In this document: piece after piece, positions 13,103 through 25,783 of the stretch | Layout: each line of letters starts with the position of its first letter | Numbering within the stretch: position 1 is the stretch's first letter | Assembly: GCF_001194135.2 (NCBI RefSeq) | Contig: NC_068981.1 | Location: 76,359,164-76,414,347, forward strand | Reading direction: 5' to 3' | DNA from: Octopus bimaculoides | Lineage: Eukaryota | DNA length: 55,184 bases | Translations under genes and position numbers: made by a program | The notes under the pieces: model-generated | Seen by the model: the letters and a program-made list of their open reading frames with translations, nothing else | What the model was told of the DNA's origin: nothing | Database searches by the model: none

Positions 13103-14748
13103 GTGTGTGTGTATGTGTGTGTGTGTGTGTGTGTGAGTATTATGTGTGTGTGTGTGTGTGTGGGTTTGTAGGTAGGTAGGTAGGTAGGTAGGTAGGTAGG
13201 TAGGTAGGTAGGTAAGTAGGTTGGTCGGTAGGTATGCATATTGGAAATTTCCATCTGGTTCGTTTACTGTATTACTTCCCTACTCGTCTCTGTGCGTTCA
13301 TCTTGAAATCATTCTTGTTATTGTTCCCCGCTCTGTTTTATTCTTACATCTACAGACCATACAATATGGATCCAACTCATACACTTCCCCGCACTTTATT
13401 TTATTAGATATAATCAGTTCATTTTATTTTAGTTACTTGTTATTTTATTGCCCCTAATTCTTACACCCACATACATTTCGCGTAGATATAAGAGTACAAA
13501 CACGGTTTTACATTCTCGTCCAATGTTTGAGCGCCATCAAAATATGTGTACGTATACACATTTCTGTTTTTTTTTCTTGCTTTACTCTTCCTGTCCTTCT
13601 TTCTTTTTCTTTTCTTCATTCATTCTGTCTTTCACTCCCTCTCCCCCCTTACCCCTCTCTCTTTCTCTCTCTGTTTGTTTCATCACACGCATACGTATAT
13701 ATGGCAAGATATATAAACCCAAGATGGATCGAGCGAAATTCTTGTTTTGCTTTGTACAACGTGTTATCCCCCCTACCCCCAATTGCTTTCTTACCATGTT
13801 CTTATCTTTCATTTTCTCTATTCTTCTCATTTATTCTTTATGTTGCTTGTCTCCGCCTACTCACATACAGGTCTGTCTCTCTCTTTCTCTCATCTCTCTC
13901 GTTCTCTCTCACTTTTCCGCACTTTCTCTCACTCTCTTACAACTTGGCATTCTCCATAACTTATTACAATGTATCCACACCTAGCACTCACATAATCTCG
14001 CACACACACATATTTCAAACGTCACAAGCGCGTCGCATACACACAAAAACACATGTACACTGAACGAGATTCATAGACTCACTCTGCTACTCCGTCATTC
14101 AATCACGCAATCTTTTCCGTTTTCCTATCTCACTATGTTATACGCACACACTGGTTCTGCCCAAGGACGTATTATTTCTATCACACCTTCTCTCCCCTCT
14201 CTCTCTCTCTATGTATTTTTTGTTATTTCTGTCTGCCATCCACACACAATTTCTTCTCCATTATCCTGTCTAAGTTTATCTCCTTAACTCCCTTTGTCTC
14301 CCTCTCTCGGTGCCTCACACTCAATTATTTTGACCACTTCTCTTAACGACTCGTTATTCACATCAACGTTGTTGGCAAACACTGCCAAAGTTTGTCTGCA
14401 AAGAAATAGAGTCATGTTTTAACTGTGGTCATGAATTTTGCTGAATCATAAAAGAATCACGGTCAGTAAACATGAATATTGCTACATTTCCTTGATAGTT
14501 GTTCGGGAACGTTTATGGGAAGTCTGTGTAGTTAACCGTCCAACAGAGAATTTTCTACTAATATTAGCGTTAAAATCGACTGCGACGAAAACAATAATGA
14601 CTAAGGTGTTGGTGGCACTGTTGGTTGTGGTGGTTGCAATGGTGGTGGTAATAATAATTTGAAGGACTTATATGAATGCTGTTCAATGACTATACAGTAA
14701 ATACTGATGACAGTGAAGAAAAGATGATGCCAAAAGCAATAATGTATG

Positions 14749-14791
<43 letters not shown>

Positions 14792-14842
14792 CAACAACAA
14801 CAACAACAATAATAATAATAATGATAATAATAATAATAATAA

Positions 14843-15053
14843 TCCTTTCTACTATAGGCACAAGGCCTGAAATTTGTGGGAGGAGGATAATCGATTTCAT
14901 TGACCCCAGTGCGCAATTGGAACTTATTTCATCGACTCCGACATGATGAAAGGCAAAATCGACCTCGGCAGAATTTGAACTCAAAATGTTAGCACGGGTG
15001 AAATAGCGCTGAGCTTTTTGCCTGACACGCAAACAAATCCGCTCGGTCGACGC
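14843..15053 (-). mobile_element. SINE family A (tRNA-derived, about 210 bp) with (ATT)n/(GTT)n tail at about 14748-14842
   Basis: The reverse complement has a B-box-like gagttcaaattc, the gaggtcgattttgcctttcatc core and a ggggtcaatgaaatcga 3' part. Confidence 0.85.
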
Positions 15054-15939
15054 ATTAACAAAAGCAACAGCAACAATAACAACCACAACGATGATGACAA
15101 CAACAACAACAATTACATTGATAATAATAATAGTGACAATTGCATCTGTCACAAACCCTTAAAGATTTAAGGGATGGTGTATTTCATTAGATTGACCACT
15201 GTACGTATTTCAAGGATAATCATATCAGAGTTCCAGAAAGAAAAAAAAAGCGAGAATAACCGAAATACTGCTGAATGGAGTTGAATTTATAACAGATGGA
15301 GGCGCAAATGTTTAAATTCCATTACTTTTATTCTGTCTCGTCATCTGTCTTGCCTCCAGTAATATGGATGAGACGTTGATGATAATCAAGATTTTATCCT
15401 TTGGCGAATTTAAGTATATCAGTATAATCAACGGAATTTGCCATATTATGCACCGCGTTCATGTTATATTGATAGAGAAGTTTTATAAAGTAAATAATAT
15501 ATCTCCCTCCAACTGTGGTGTTTTCATTCATAATATAATTATATGCGTCAAAGGATTGGTAAACAGTCAGAGCTCTCGAAAAATACCTTGCAGTATTTGT
15601 TTCGGCTCATTAGGTTTCAAAATCACTTCACGCTGATGCCGGCTATGCCTCTTATCCTTTCAAGGTCAACAAAATGAAGTACCAACTAAGATATAATGTT
15701 AGTATGGTTATCTGTTCTCCTCCACATGAATTACAGGACTTGCGCATATATATATATATATACACATATATCTACACACACACATACACTCACACACACA
15801 CACACACATACACACATATATGTAACTGATGATATAAGCAATTTCCGAGTCACTTTATCTCTTTTGAAATACAAGAACATATACGAGTAGAACATAGTCC
15901 ATTACATTATGTAAGAAAGCGATAGTATCTATAATGTTG

Positions 15940-16194
15940 AGATATTTGATCTTCAAGGTTCATGATCTGCAGGAGTATCGATTTCGGAGCTTAGGCCCCA
16001 GTAAGTTAAAACCAAGAGCGAATCACTGAAGGTCCTCGACTCACGGGCCAGATGCCAAAAATGGCAGGAACGTTGGAACTGGTGTATTGCTGCGCAAGCT
16101 GACTATTTCGAAAAGGATGACGTTAAAAGTTAGATAAATAAGTTATCATTTTATTTAACATAACTAGTCCGAGAACGTTTTGATAACACCTCGT
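15940..16194 (+). mobile_element. Deleted mariner 3' fragment with right TIR
   Basis: Reads ESLKVLDSRARCQKWQERWNWCIAAQADYFEKDDVKS*, the typical mariner C-terminus. It is followed by aactagtccgagaacgttttgataacacctcg, matching the TIR remnant at about 39405. Confidence 0.8.
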
Positions 16195-16939
16195 CTTCCA
16201 GCGCCAGACCTGACTATGAAGGCACAATATCCTCACTATTTGAAAATGAGGGGAATTTCGCAAAAAATCCTTAGTACGATCACCGTACATGTTTACACTT
16301 TAGTTCCTGCAAATCCAATTTATATTTTGCGTAACCTGCAAGAATAGAATAATATAGGAGGTGAGTCTGATGTTGTTGAAAACCAGAGTAATGATGAGCG
16401 GTAGGAAGAGGAGGGTATTAATAAGGATGAAGAAACAACGAAGTTATAAACATGAATTTGTTGCAATATCATTCTAAATGAAATGCGAAATAGTAAAAGC
16501 AGTTGCTACTAGTAAATGTGTGCAGATGAATATTATAAATTTTATATATCACGAAAGTTTTATTTGGAGTCGATCTATGAGTACTAACTATAAAAGTAAT
16601 AGCTCTGTTATTAATATTTTAACATAAGCTATGTCTTATCAGTATAGTATATTATTAACATTTAGTACAGCTGAAAGTTTTGGACAAAGTTAAGTTCAAA
16701 AATTATGGACAACATCGTTTTTACCAAACATACAAACAAACAGATCATATATAATAGAACGAAATTTTCTTTTCACCATGTTTGTTTAAGAAAACTTTAA
16801 ATTTCACGAACATTTTCAACAAAATATTTATCAAAAGGAAATATACTACAAGACGATATATTATATATTGTATTTCAATGAGATTTTATAGAATAGCTTT
16901 GTTGAATAACATACACGCAAGTAAACACACTCACACACA

Positions 16940-16970
<31 letters not shown>

Positions 16971-17415
16971 AGTGAAACAGTATCGCAATTACACACAGAC
17001 AAGACCATACAGATACGCAACTACCTATACATTCGCACAGACGTAATTAATATATGAAAATGGAGAAAAATAAAACGGAGTGTAACCAGTAAATAATACA
17101 TAACTGCAACCCAATATATCTATGTATACAAATATTTTTTTACATCTATTGATTTGAAACTCTTATGCACAGCTGTATAGAAACAGACATTCACACAAAT
17201 ACGCATGTAAATCATCAACCAACTCCTGCAGAGAAACAAGCACACACCTACACGCACACGCACAAGCGTGCATATGTGCATATAGACGTACACACAATCA
17301 CACACACATATATGCACTTATATGTGTATGTGTATACATGTGTATGTGTGCACGCACACAAACTCACACACACACACTTACACACACACACGCACACATA
17401 CACATATACTGTCAC

Positions 17416-17553
17416 AGGCGTGTGGCTGTGTGGTAAGAAACTTGTTTCTCAGCCATATGGCACATTGGACAGTGTGTCTTCTAATATAGCCTCGGGCCTG
17501 CCAACGCCTTGTGAGTCGACTTGGTAGACGCAAAGTGAAAGCAGCCCATGTGT

Positions 17554-17600
<47 letters not shown>

Positions 17601-17777
17601 TTTCTGTGTCCCACCCCCGTCACCGCTTGACAATCGGTGCTGGTGCATTTACGTCCCAGTAAATTAGGAGTTCGAAAAGTCTGATAGAATAAGTACTAGG
17701 CTGAAAAAATAAGGGCTGGCGTTGATTTATTCGACTACAACTATTCAAGGTGGTGCTCCCGCATGGCTGCAGTGAAA
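17416..17777 (+). mobile_element. SINE family B (tRNA-derived, about 400 bp) with internal (GT)n
   Basis: Head ggcgtgtggctgtgtggtaagaaac, body cgcttgacaatcggtgctgg...gatagaataagtactagg, tail gcatggctgcagt. Confidence 0.85.
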
Positions 17778-19399
17778 TTCTGTCTGTGGGTGTGTTTGTG
17801 GAGTTGTAACCTAACTCTTCCAACATCGGTTGATCAATTTTGATGTAACTTGACACGTGAGTATAACTCATGTCTCGAAACCTCATGGCATACTCAGATT
17901 GCTGAAAAAGTCGGTAATACGGCCCTGGAAGGGATCCTTATATATAGCCAAGGCAAATAACCCATTCATTTTCCTAAATTATTTGGTATAAATCAAATTG
18001 AGTATGCTTATTTCTTAGTATTTGAACTGTTAGAATTGTGTATGTATATATATATATATATATATNNNNNNNNNNNNNNNNNNNNNNNNNNNNNNNNNNN
18101 NNNNNNNNNNNNNNNNNNNNNNNNNNNNNNNNNNNNNNNNNNNNNNNNNNNNNNNNNNNNNNNNNNNNNNNNNNNNNNNNNNNNNNNNNNNNNNNNNNNN
18201 NNNNNNNNNNNNNNNNNNNNNNNNNNNNNNNNNNNNNNNNNNNNNNNNNNNNNNNNNNNNNNNNNNNNNNNNNNNNNNNNNNNNNNNNNNNNNNNNNNNN
18301 NNNNNNNNNNNNNNNNNNNNNNNNNNNNNNNNNNNNNNNNNNNNNNNNNNNNNNNNNNNNNNNNNNNNNNNNNNNNNNNNNNNNNNNNNNNNNNNNNNNN
18401 NNNNNNNNNNNNNNNNNNNNNNNNNNNNNNNNNNNNNNNNNNNNNNNNNNNNNNNNNNNNNNNNNNNNNNNNNNNNNNNNNNNNNNNNNNNNNNNNNNNN
18501 NNNNNNNNNNNNNNNNNNNNNNNNNNNNNNNNNNNNNNNNNNNNNNNNNNNNNNNNNNNNNNNNNNNNNNNNNNNNNNNNNNNNNNNNNNNNNNNNNNNN
18601 NNNNNNNNNNNNNNNNNNNNNNNNNNNNNNNNNNNNNNNNNNNNNNNNNNNNNNNNNNNNNNNNNNNNNNNNNNNNNNNNNNNNNNNNNNNNNNNNNNNN
18701 NNNNNNNNNNNNNNNNNNNNNNNNNNNNNNNNNNNNNNNNNNNNNNNNNNNNNNNNNNNNNNNNNNNNNNNNNNNNNNNNNNNNNNNNNNNNNNNNNNNN
18801 NNNNNNNNNNNNNNNNNNNNNNNNNNNNNNNNNNNNNNNNNNNNNATATATATATATATATATAAGAACAGCATGGTTAAAAATAGAAATATTAATGTTT
18901 TTTGTCATGCAATCTGATACATAATTTTGGCTGGTGCGTATTTATGATATGCAACGAACCATTGTTTATGTCCAAATTTGTTTACGTTATTAATTTGTGT
19001 GCATCTAGTTTAAGCTATTTTCGTAATTGGAATAAACAAAACGGCAGAAGATAGTATCTGGAATAGCAAGATATGCTATTTAGATCGGAACTAACGAAGC
19101 ATATTTCAATACATTTTGCCGAAAGCTTTATATACATATACATTCAAAGACAAGCATATGCATGTAAGCAGGCATGTATGTATGTATGTATGTATGTATG
19201 TATGTATGTATGTACGAATGTATAAACAAATATTTATATATTTACGAATGCATACATATGTGTATGTGCGTGTTGTGTGCGTCTGTTTGTGTGTGCGCGT
19301 GTGTGTTTGTGGTATATGCATATATATGTGTGTGTGCATGTATGTATATATATATCTATATATCTCTCTCTCTCTCTTTCCCTCTCTCTATCTCTCTCC

Positions 19400-19467
<68 letters not shown>

Positions 19468-19811
19468 NNNNNNNNNNNNNNNNNNNNNNNNNNNNNNNNN
19501 NNNNNNNNNNNNNNNNNNNNNNNNNNNNNNNNNNNNNNNNNNNNNNNNNNNNNNNNNNNNNNNNNNNNNNNNNNNNNNNNNNNNNNNNNNNNNNNNNNNN
19601 NNNNNNNNNNNNNNNNNNNNNNNNNNNNNNNNNNNNNNNNNNNNNNNNNNNNNNNNNNNNNNNNNNNNNNNNNNNNNNNNNNNNNNNNNNNNNNNNNNNN
19701 NNNNNNNNNNNNNNNNNNNNNNNNNNNNNNNNNNNNNNNNNNNNNNNNNNNNNNNNNNNNNNNNNNNNNNNNNNNNNNNNNNNNNNNNNNNNNNNNNNNN
19801 NNNNNNNNNNN

Positions 19812-19850
<39 letters not shown>

Positions 19851-20219
19851 ATATACACACACACATAAGACACACAAACTCATATATATTTAAGTATTTC
19901 TTCTTTTATTATATGATGTTTCACTAAAAGCATTCATTTACTTTACATTCTTTATCCTAAAAAATATCTTATTTCGATTCGCTTTCTCAATGTTCCCTAG
20001 TGGAATGCAACCGATATGTACATACTCATTCTTTAATATGTTTCGCTGATATCATTTCTGTGCTATTATCTCAAGATTCTATTCTTAACAGTAGTCTATA
20101 TTTAATGAAATATTCCAATTGATTGTAGACTCGTTATTGGTGGCAGAGCGAGAAAGAGGCATTTCTTTTCACTATTCTATGGTTTTAGCAACTCTGCCTT
20201 TATATTTTTAAGCCTTGTT

Positions 20220-21150
20220 CTCTTCTTGTTTTCGAAGCCATGAATAAAAACAGTGACTTTTCCGGTACGAGTGTTCTTATCTGTCATCTGCACGTGACCC
20301 TCCGGAAACAGGGTGAAATTGAAAGCCACCTTAGCAGTATCATACGCCACTGGGCGAATGAGTGCACTGGGTCTTATACAATATATTTAATGACAGCAAA
20401 TCACAGTATAAATAGATCCGAATTGGATCCCTAGGCCCCTGATGAGTCTAGGAAACTGCTCAGAATGCCCATGCCTTGAGACGGTACAAATGATGCGAAG
20501 GAGTTCGACAGTGTCAACAATGTTCTACATGTCTTGGAAATATTCCACTCACTTGTTTGATTACTCTTCACTCATTACCAGCGTATAGCCATTTTTATTC
20601 ATAATTGATTTGCAAGAAACCGTTCTTGTTCTTGTCAGGCCGTTTAAAATTATGTACAGATATTCGGTGTCATTTCTCACTGCTACTTCTGCTGTCTAGA
20701 TATTTTCCTAGAAACATATCCCCCTATCCATCTTGCAATTTCTTTTCACATACTTATTGATATAGTTATAACTCTCTGTTTGTTTCTATGAACATGTGCC
20801 CTTCGTTTGGCACCCTTTTGTTTATTCTTCTTTCACATATTGTATGTCACTGTGGAGATCCATCGTTACTGGATGATACTTCACTGATCGTTGTGTCGCT
20901 GATTGGTTATGTGCTATGCCTTCACAACACATGACGACACAATTGATTCTTAGTGGAGGTAATTTAGCTTGACATACGATACTACGAAAAACATGAGCAT
21001 CAAATGCGTTTCTTTTTTCAATGAATCGGTGAAGTTTTGCCTTCAGAAATAATCATTTAACATTCTAGATTGCTTTTATGCTGCTCAGCTCTGGAAGAAG
21101 ACGACATGCCGATTACTTTGCAGCTCCCAATAGCTTCATTAAAACTCTAG
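20220..21150 (-). mobile_element. Old RTE-clade LINE remnant (EN-RT linker and start of RT), internally deleted
   Basis: Minus-strand fragments NKYVKRNCKMDR...AEVAVRNDTEYLYIILNGLT...IMNKNGYTL..EE..K*VEYFQDM and RMILLR...CFRRVTCR*QIRTL..EKS resemble RTE ORF motifs. Many stops. Confidence 0.6.
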
Positions 21151-21217
21151 TTAGAGAGATGCTCGTATCTGTTTCATAACATATATTTGAGTATTTCTTT
21201 CTTATATGCACAGGCAT

Positions 21218-21600
21218 TGTTGTTGGCACTCCGTCGCTTACGACGTCGAGGGTTCCAGTTGATCCGATCAACGGAACAGCCTGCTCGTGAAATTAACGTG
21301 CAAGTGGCTGAGCACTCCACAGACACGTGTACCCTTAACGTACTTCTCGGGGATATTCAACGAGACACAGTGTGACAAGGCTGACCCTTTGAATTACAGG
21401 CACAACAGAAACAGGAAGTAAGAGTGAGAGAAAATTATGGTGAAAGAGTACAACAGGGATCGCCACCATCCTCTACCGGAGCCTCGTGGAGCTTTAGATG
21501 TTTTCGCTCAATAAACACTCACAACGCCCGGTCTGAGAATCGAAACCGCGATCCTATGACTGCGAGTCTGCTGCCCCAACCACTGGGCCATTGCGCCTCC
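21218..21600 (-). mobile_element. SINE family C (tRNA-derived), full copy; a shortened partial copy lies at 23107-23232
   Basis: Reverse-complement head ggaggcgcaatggcccagtggttggggcagcagactcgcagtcataggatcgcggtttcgattc. Both copies share ggcactccgtcgcttacgacgt(c/a)gagggttccagttgat. Confidence 0.85.
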
Positions 21601-21956
21601 ACATGCACAGTCATAGATGTGTAATTAACAACTTTGCTTCGCAATTACATGGTTTCAGTTTTGGTTTGACAGCGGGGAATCTTCTCAAAATATCTTCTAC
21701 AATAGACTACTCGATCCGACCAATACGCTGGGAGTTAGTTTGTTGACGGAAAAGGTGTAAACCCAACGCCATTCTGCTTGACAAATAGTGTTGGCACTTA
21801 CTGGCATGCCAAAAGAAAAGATACAATAAGGTACAATAAAGTACACTAAGTACTATATTCGATTTGTTCGACTAAAACTTTCAGGGCAGTGATCTAGTAC
21901 GACCACAGTATCGCTGGTTTGCTGCACACCACAGGAAAAGACTTCATGGAGCACTA

Positions 21957-22160
21957 CAGTAATCCTTCGACTATCGCAAGTGTTACATTCCGAAACCTCC
22001 CAAAGAAATAATTAAAATCTAAAAAAAATAAATACCTATCGGCCGGAGAAGCCCGGATATACTGAGGAATCCGCGTCATAAATTTACATATATTAGTCAG
22101 AAAAGTTCGCGATGTACTGACTGCACGATAGGGGAACCGCGATATGGTGAGGGATTACTG
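21957..22160. mobile_element. pogo/Tigger-like MITE (204 bp)
   Basis: TIRs cagtaatccttcgactatcgc and (rc) cagtaatccctcaccatatcgc, with TA at 21955-21956 and 22161-22162. Confidence 0.75.
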
Positions 22161-23250
22161 TATTTGATTCTTCAAATCCCTGCGCATACATATATCTATA
22201 CATGCATATACATATGTGTGTACATACATACATACATACATAACAATAATCCTTCAATGGAAATTATAAGCATTTAATGCATCACTACCGGTGTTTCCAC
22301 GAATCAGGTGTCTCTTAAGACCACAGTCCGCATTCCTAATTACAGTGCAGTCCGTAGTATCCAAGGACATCGGGTTGATCATCTTCATGCATTCATTTCT
22401 TCAGGCGATATAACATTAGTGGAAGTTTGAAAGAGGGGTGCTTACCCTTTTGACCAGTGCGAAAGGTTGGTATTTGGTTATGTGCGTATTACTGAGTGTA
22501 TTTAGTAGGGAGGAGAGGAAGGTGATAGAAAGAGGGGGATGAATGGTAATTATACAGATATAGAGGTGTGTGTGGTGATATCGGACTTATTTTGCTATTC
22601 ACACACACACATACACACACACACACAAACACATATATATTTAAATGTACATATATATGCATGTATTACAGTTCTATATTTAAGAGTTCGATTCCAGGCA
22701 ATGACCTGAATAATAATAATAGTAATAAAAGTGAGATGCAGCAAGGAATTTTGCCAGTGAATAGGTCGCGGTCTCGAAGCGACGAAAATACTTTGGCAGA
22801 TTAAATTAAAATGTTGAAGTGAATCTAACGTTTTTTTTTTTGTGTGTGTGTTTCTTAAATGGCTTATAAACACCTTCCACGCTGCAATTGTTATATATAN
22901 NNNNNNNNNNNNNNNNNNNNNNNNNNNNNNNNNNNNNNNNNNNNNNNNNNNNNNNNNNNNNNNNNNNNNNNNNNNNNNNNNNNNNNNNNNNNNNNNNNNN
23001 NNNNNNNNNNNNNNNNNNNNNNNNNNNNNNNNNNNNNNNNNNNNNNNNNNNNNNNNNNNNNNNNNNNNNNNNNNNNNNNNNNNNNNNNNNNNNNNNNNNA
23101 TATATATGTTGCTGGCACTCCGTCGCTTACGACGTAGAGGGTTCCAGTTGATCTGATCAACGGAACAGCCTGCTCGTGAAATTAACGTGTATGTGTACCC
23201 TTAACGTAGTTCTCGGGTATATTCAGCGTGACAAATAAATACATGCTCGA

Positions 23251-23620
23251 CATATTCTTTCTTCGCTTCAGCTTTATTATTGTTTTTTTTTTTATTTTAG
23301 TGTCCTGTGTCTTACAATTTTCGTCACACATCCTGTGAATTCTTCAGCGAGTCTCCATCCCAAGTGTCTCCTCCTGTCTCATTTAGTCTATTCTATCTTT
23401 CCATAGAAAAATAAAATGGGCTAAACAGGAGATGAGGTGATACGTGGGCTGGAAAGACCGAATAGACTAGGCAGGACAGGGGGACGTACGAATGGACAAA
23501 CAGGACAGGATGAGACACGTAGGAAGTAAAATTCCCTGAGGGGGTTTCAGGAAGTGTAATGAAAGATTTAAGACAAAGAACGCTAAAATAAGAACAATAA
23601 TGAAATGAAGAACGAGTATG
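23251..23620. repeat. Decayed fold-back: imperfect inverted repeat with arms 23251-23393 and 23460-23620
   Basis: Left catattctttcttc...ttattttagtgtcctgtgtctta...gtgtctcctcctgtc...tagtctattc; right (rc) catactcgttcttc...ttattttagcgttctttgtctta...gtgtctcatcctgtc...tagtctattc. Confidence 0.7.
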
Positions 23621-23859
23621 TAGCGGGTATATTTATTTGGCAAAACAATGACCATTCCGAAATATAAAACTATCAATTTCAGCACAATTTCATATCAGGA
23701 ATCTTGTAAAACAAACAAATAAATAAATAAATAAATACACACACATACACACGCACGCACATACACACACATATACGCACACATAAATACATATGCGAAC
23801 AAAAATATTCATTCACACATACACTCAAAAAAACACTCTTATAAGCATCTGACCAAACA

Positions 23860-24180
23860 TGTTCCATCCGTTATCTTCCCATTCTTTCTATATCCAAATC
23901 TATATGGTCTCATGCGAATATGAGACATATTCGTATGGATGGTTGTGAGAGATTTGATTGTTGTTACTACCAAGTCGAGTGACCATCTACAGGTCTCCTC
24001 GTTGTATTGCGATTTATCGGTTGATTTGTTTCATATATCTTTTAGTATAATTTTGTATAACCGAGTTAGGATTGTTTAACTGTTTCTATGTTCCCTGCAT
24101 AATAGTATCAATTTTTCCATGTTTTTAATCTTGTATCATTCTCATACCCGGTTAGTCGAGACACCGTGTGTAATTTTATA
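23860..24180 (-). mobile_element. Possible very decayed non-LTR RT remnant
   Basis: IQRGD [frameshift] WSLDLVVTTIKSLTTI...YRFGYRKNGKI loosely resembles the QGD.LSP.LF...PL...GY region. Weak. Confidence 0.3.
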
Positions 24181-24694
24181 ATGTTTCGTTAGCATTGAGT
24201 ATTGGGAATACAGTTTGTGGAAAAAAAAAATTCGGAGATAAGGCAACAAAAATGTAGGCTCTGTGTCTCCTTTCTTGAATGACTACATATAGATAAACTC
24301 TCTAGTGGTATCATAACATGGTGTGCAATGTTACCACAACGAAATACCTGCATGATTAATTGTGTGCAATGCAAAAGTTATGCATGCTTACGCTCAAACG
24401 CACACATGTATGCTTGTGTGTACAAACACAGTGTATATATTATGTATGAGTGCATGTGTTTATATATAAATTATAAGAACCTATATTAGCACGTAATTTT
24501 ATATTTCTTTCTTTCCTTCTTGCATTTTTTTCTTTCTTAAATTTTTTATTTATATCTTATATAATAGTTATATCTGACTTAGCTATGTATATGGCAGAAT
24601 TTTCTTTACAGATATGTAAATAATGTTGAAAAACAGAATATTTAAAATCACATGGAATATTCTGGTCATTATACTTTTTTTCCTTTCATTTCAG

Positions 24695-25372
24695 AGTGGC
24701 CTTGCAACGCAATCTTAACGAAAAATAACGGAGAATTTGCCACTCCAAACTGGCCAAACAATTACCCAGCTAACACTGACTGTAGGTGGATCATCAAAGG
24801 CCCCATTCATGCTTATATCACTTTACGTTTTACGAAAATTGAGCTTGAGAATCATGGTCTCGGATTGTGCAATAACCGACTGGACAGCATACACGTTTAT
24901 GACGGAGAAACTACTGATTCGGAAAGAATTGCCACGCTGTGCGGATCTAGAGTACCGGCAACTTATGCTTCTACTTCAAATGTTCTGTTAATTGTTTTTA
25001 AATCAGACGAACGGGTGGAATTAAGCGGTTTCCATGCCACCTATCGTTTTATTTTCCCCGCCATCCGAACAACTGCATCACCATTTCAAAAGGAGAAAAT
25101 CACCGAAAATCCACCAGTATCTTCGAATAACGTACCCTACACTACAACGTTTGTTCCCTCAGGATTACCTGATACACTTTTGACATCTCAACAAAATATG
25201 AGTCGCTCCAAATCAATATCGACGACATCGGCTGCTACTACACCCCCAGTTTCTTCGGAAAAATCTTTGACTGCAGCTTACGGCGAACCAACAAAATTTC
25301 CACTATATGCTGAAAGTGAAAAATTCGTCAGTCAAGTCATTCAGACGACTAGACACGTAATGGATATAAATG
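24695..25372 (+). CDS. Internal exon (678 nt, phase 1 to 1) encoding a complete CUB domain plus a Ser/Thr/Pro-rich mucin-like stalk
   Basis: Acceptor ttcctttcatttcag|AG and donor AATG|gtaaga. EWPCNAILTKNNGEFATPNWPNNYPANTDCRWII...ELEN..LCNNRLDSIHVYDG...LCGS...FKSDERVELSGFHATY has all four CUB cysteines. It is followed by a T/S/P-rich stretch (TTASP, YTTTFVPS, STTSAATTPPVSS). No orthologue recognised. Confidence 0.95.
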
Positions 25373-25571
25373 GTAAGAGACATTTGATTCTTAATTTCTT
25401 CTCATTTCAGCATTTAAATAACCAAACAGAAAAGAGATTTAACGTTCAACTTTAATATCTAAACATTAAGGAAATATTCCCTCCATAAAGTCTATTGTAA
25501 ATAATCTTCTTACTGAACAGTGACACAAAGCGATTTTTGGCAAGTGCTAATACATTTACGAAGTATTATAA

Positions 25572-25783
25572 TCCTTTCTACTATAGGCACAAGTCCTGAA
25601 ATTTGGTAGAAGGAGATAGTCGATTACATCGACCCCGGTACTTAACTGGCATTTAATTTATCGACCCCGTAAGGATGAAAGGCAAAGTCGACCTCGGCGG
25701 AATTTGAACTCAAAACGTAGCGGCGGGTGAAATAACGCTAAGTATTTCGCCAGGCGTACTAACGATTCTGCTAGCTCGCCACC
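25572..25783 (-). mobile_element. SINE family A, well preserved
   Basis: The reverse complement reads ggtggcgagctagcagaatcgttagtacgcc...gagttcaaattccgccgaggtcgactttgcctttcatcc...ggggtcgatgtaatcgact. Confidence 0.9.

Noticed and set aside
20235-20370. Minus-strand frame ending KVTVFIHGFEN, like a lipase motif
   Set aside because: It is a shadow frame of the RTE-like RT remnant (FRRVTCR*QIRTL). No other lipase exons are present.
20439-20490. CTGATGA followed by a GTCT/AGAC stem
   Set aside because: There is no GAAA after the stem and no stem I or III. It lies antisense within a LINE remnant.
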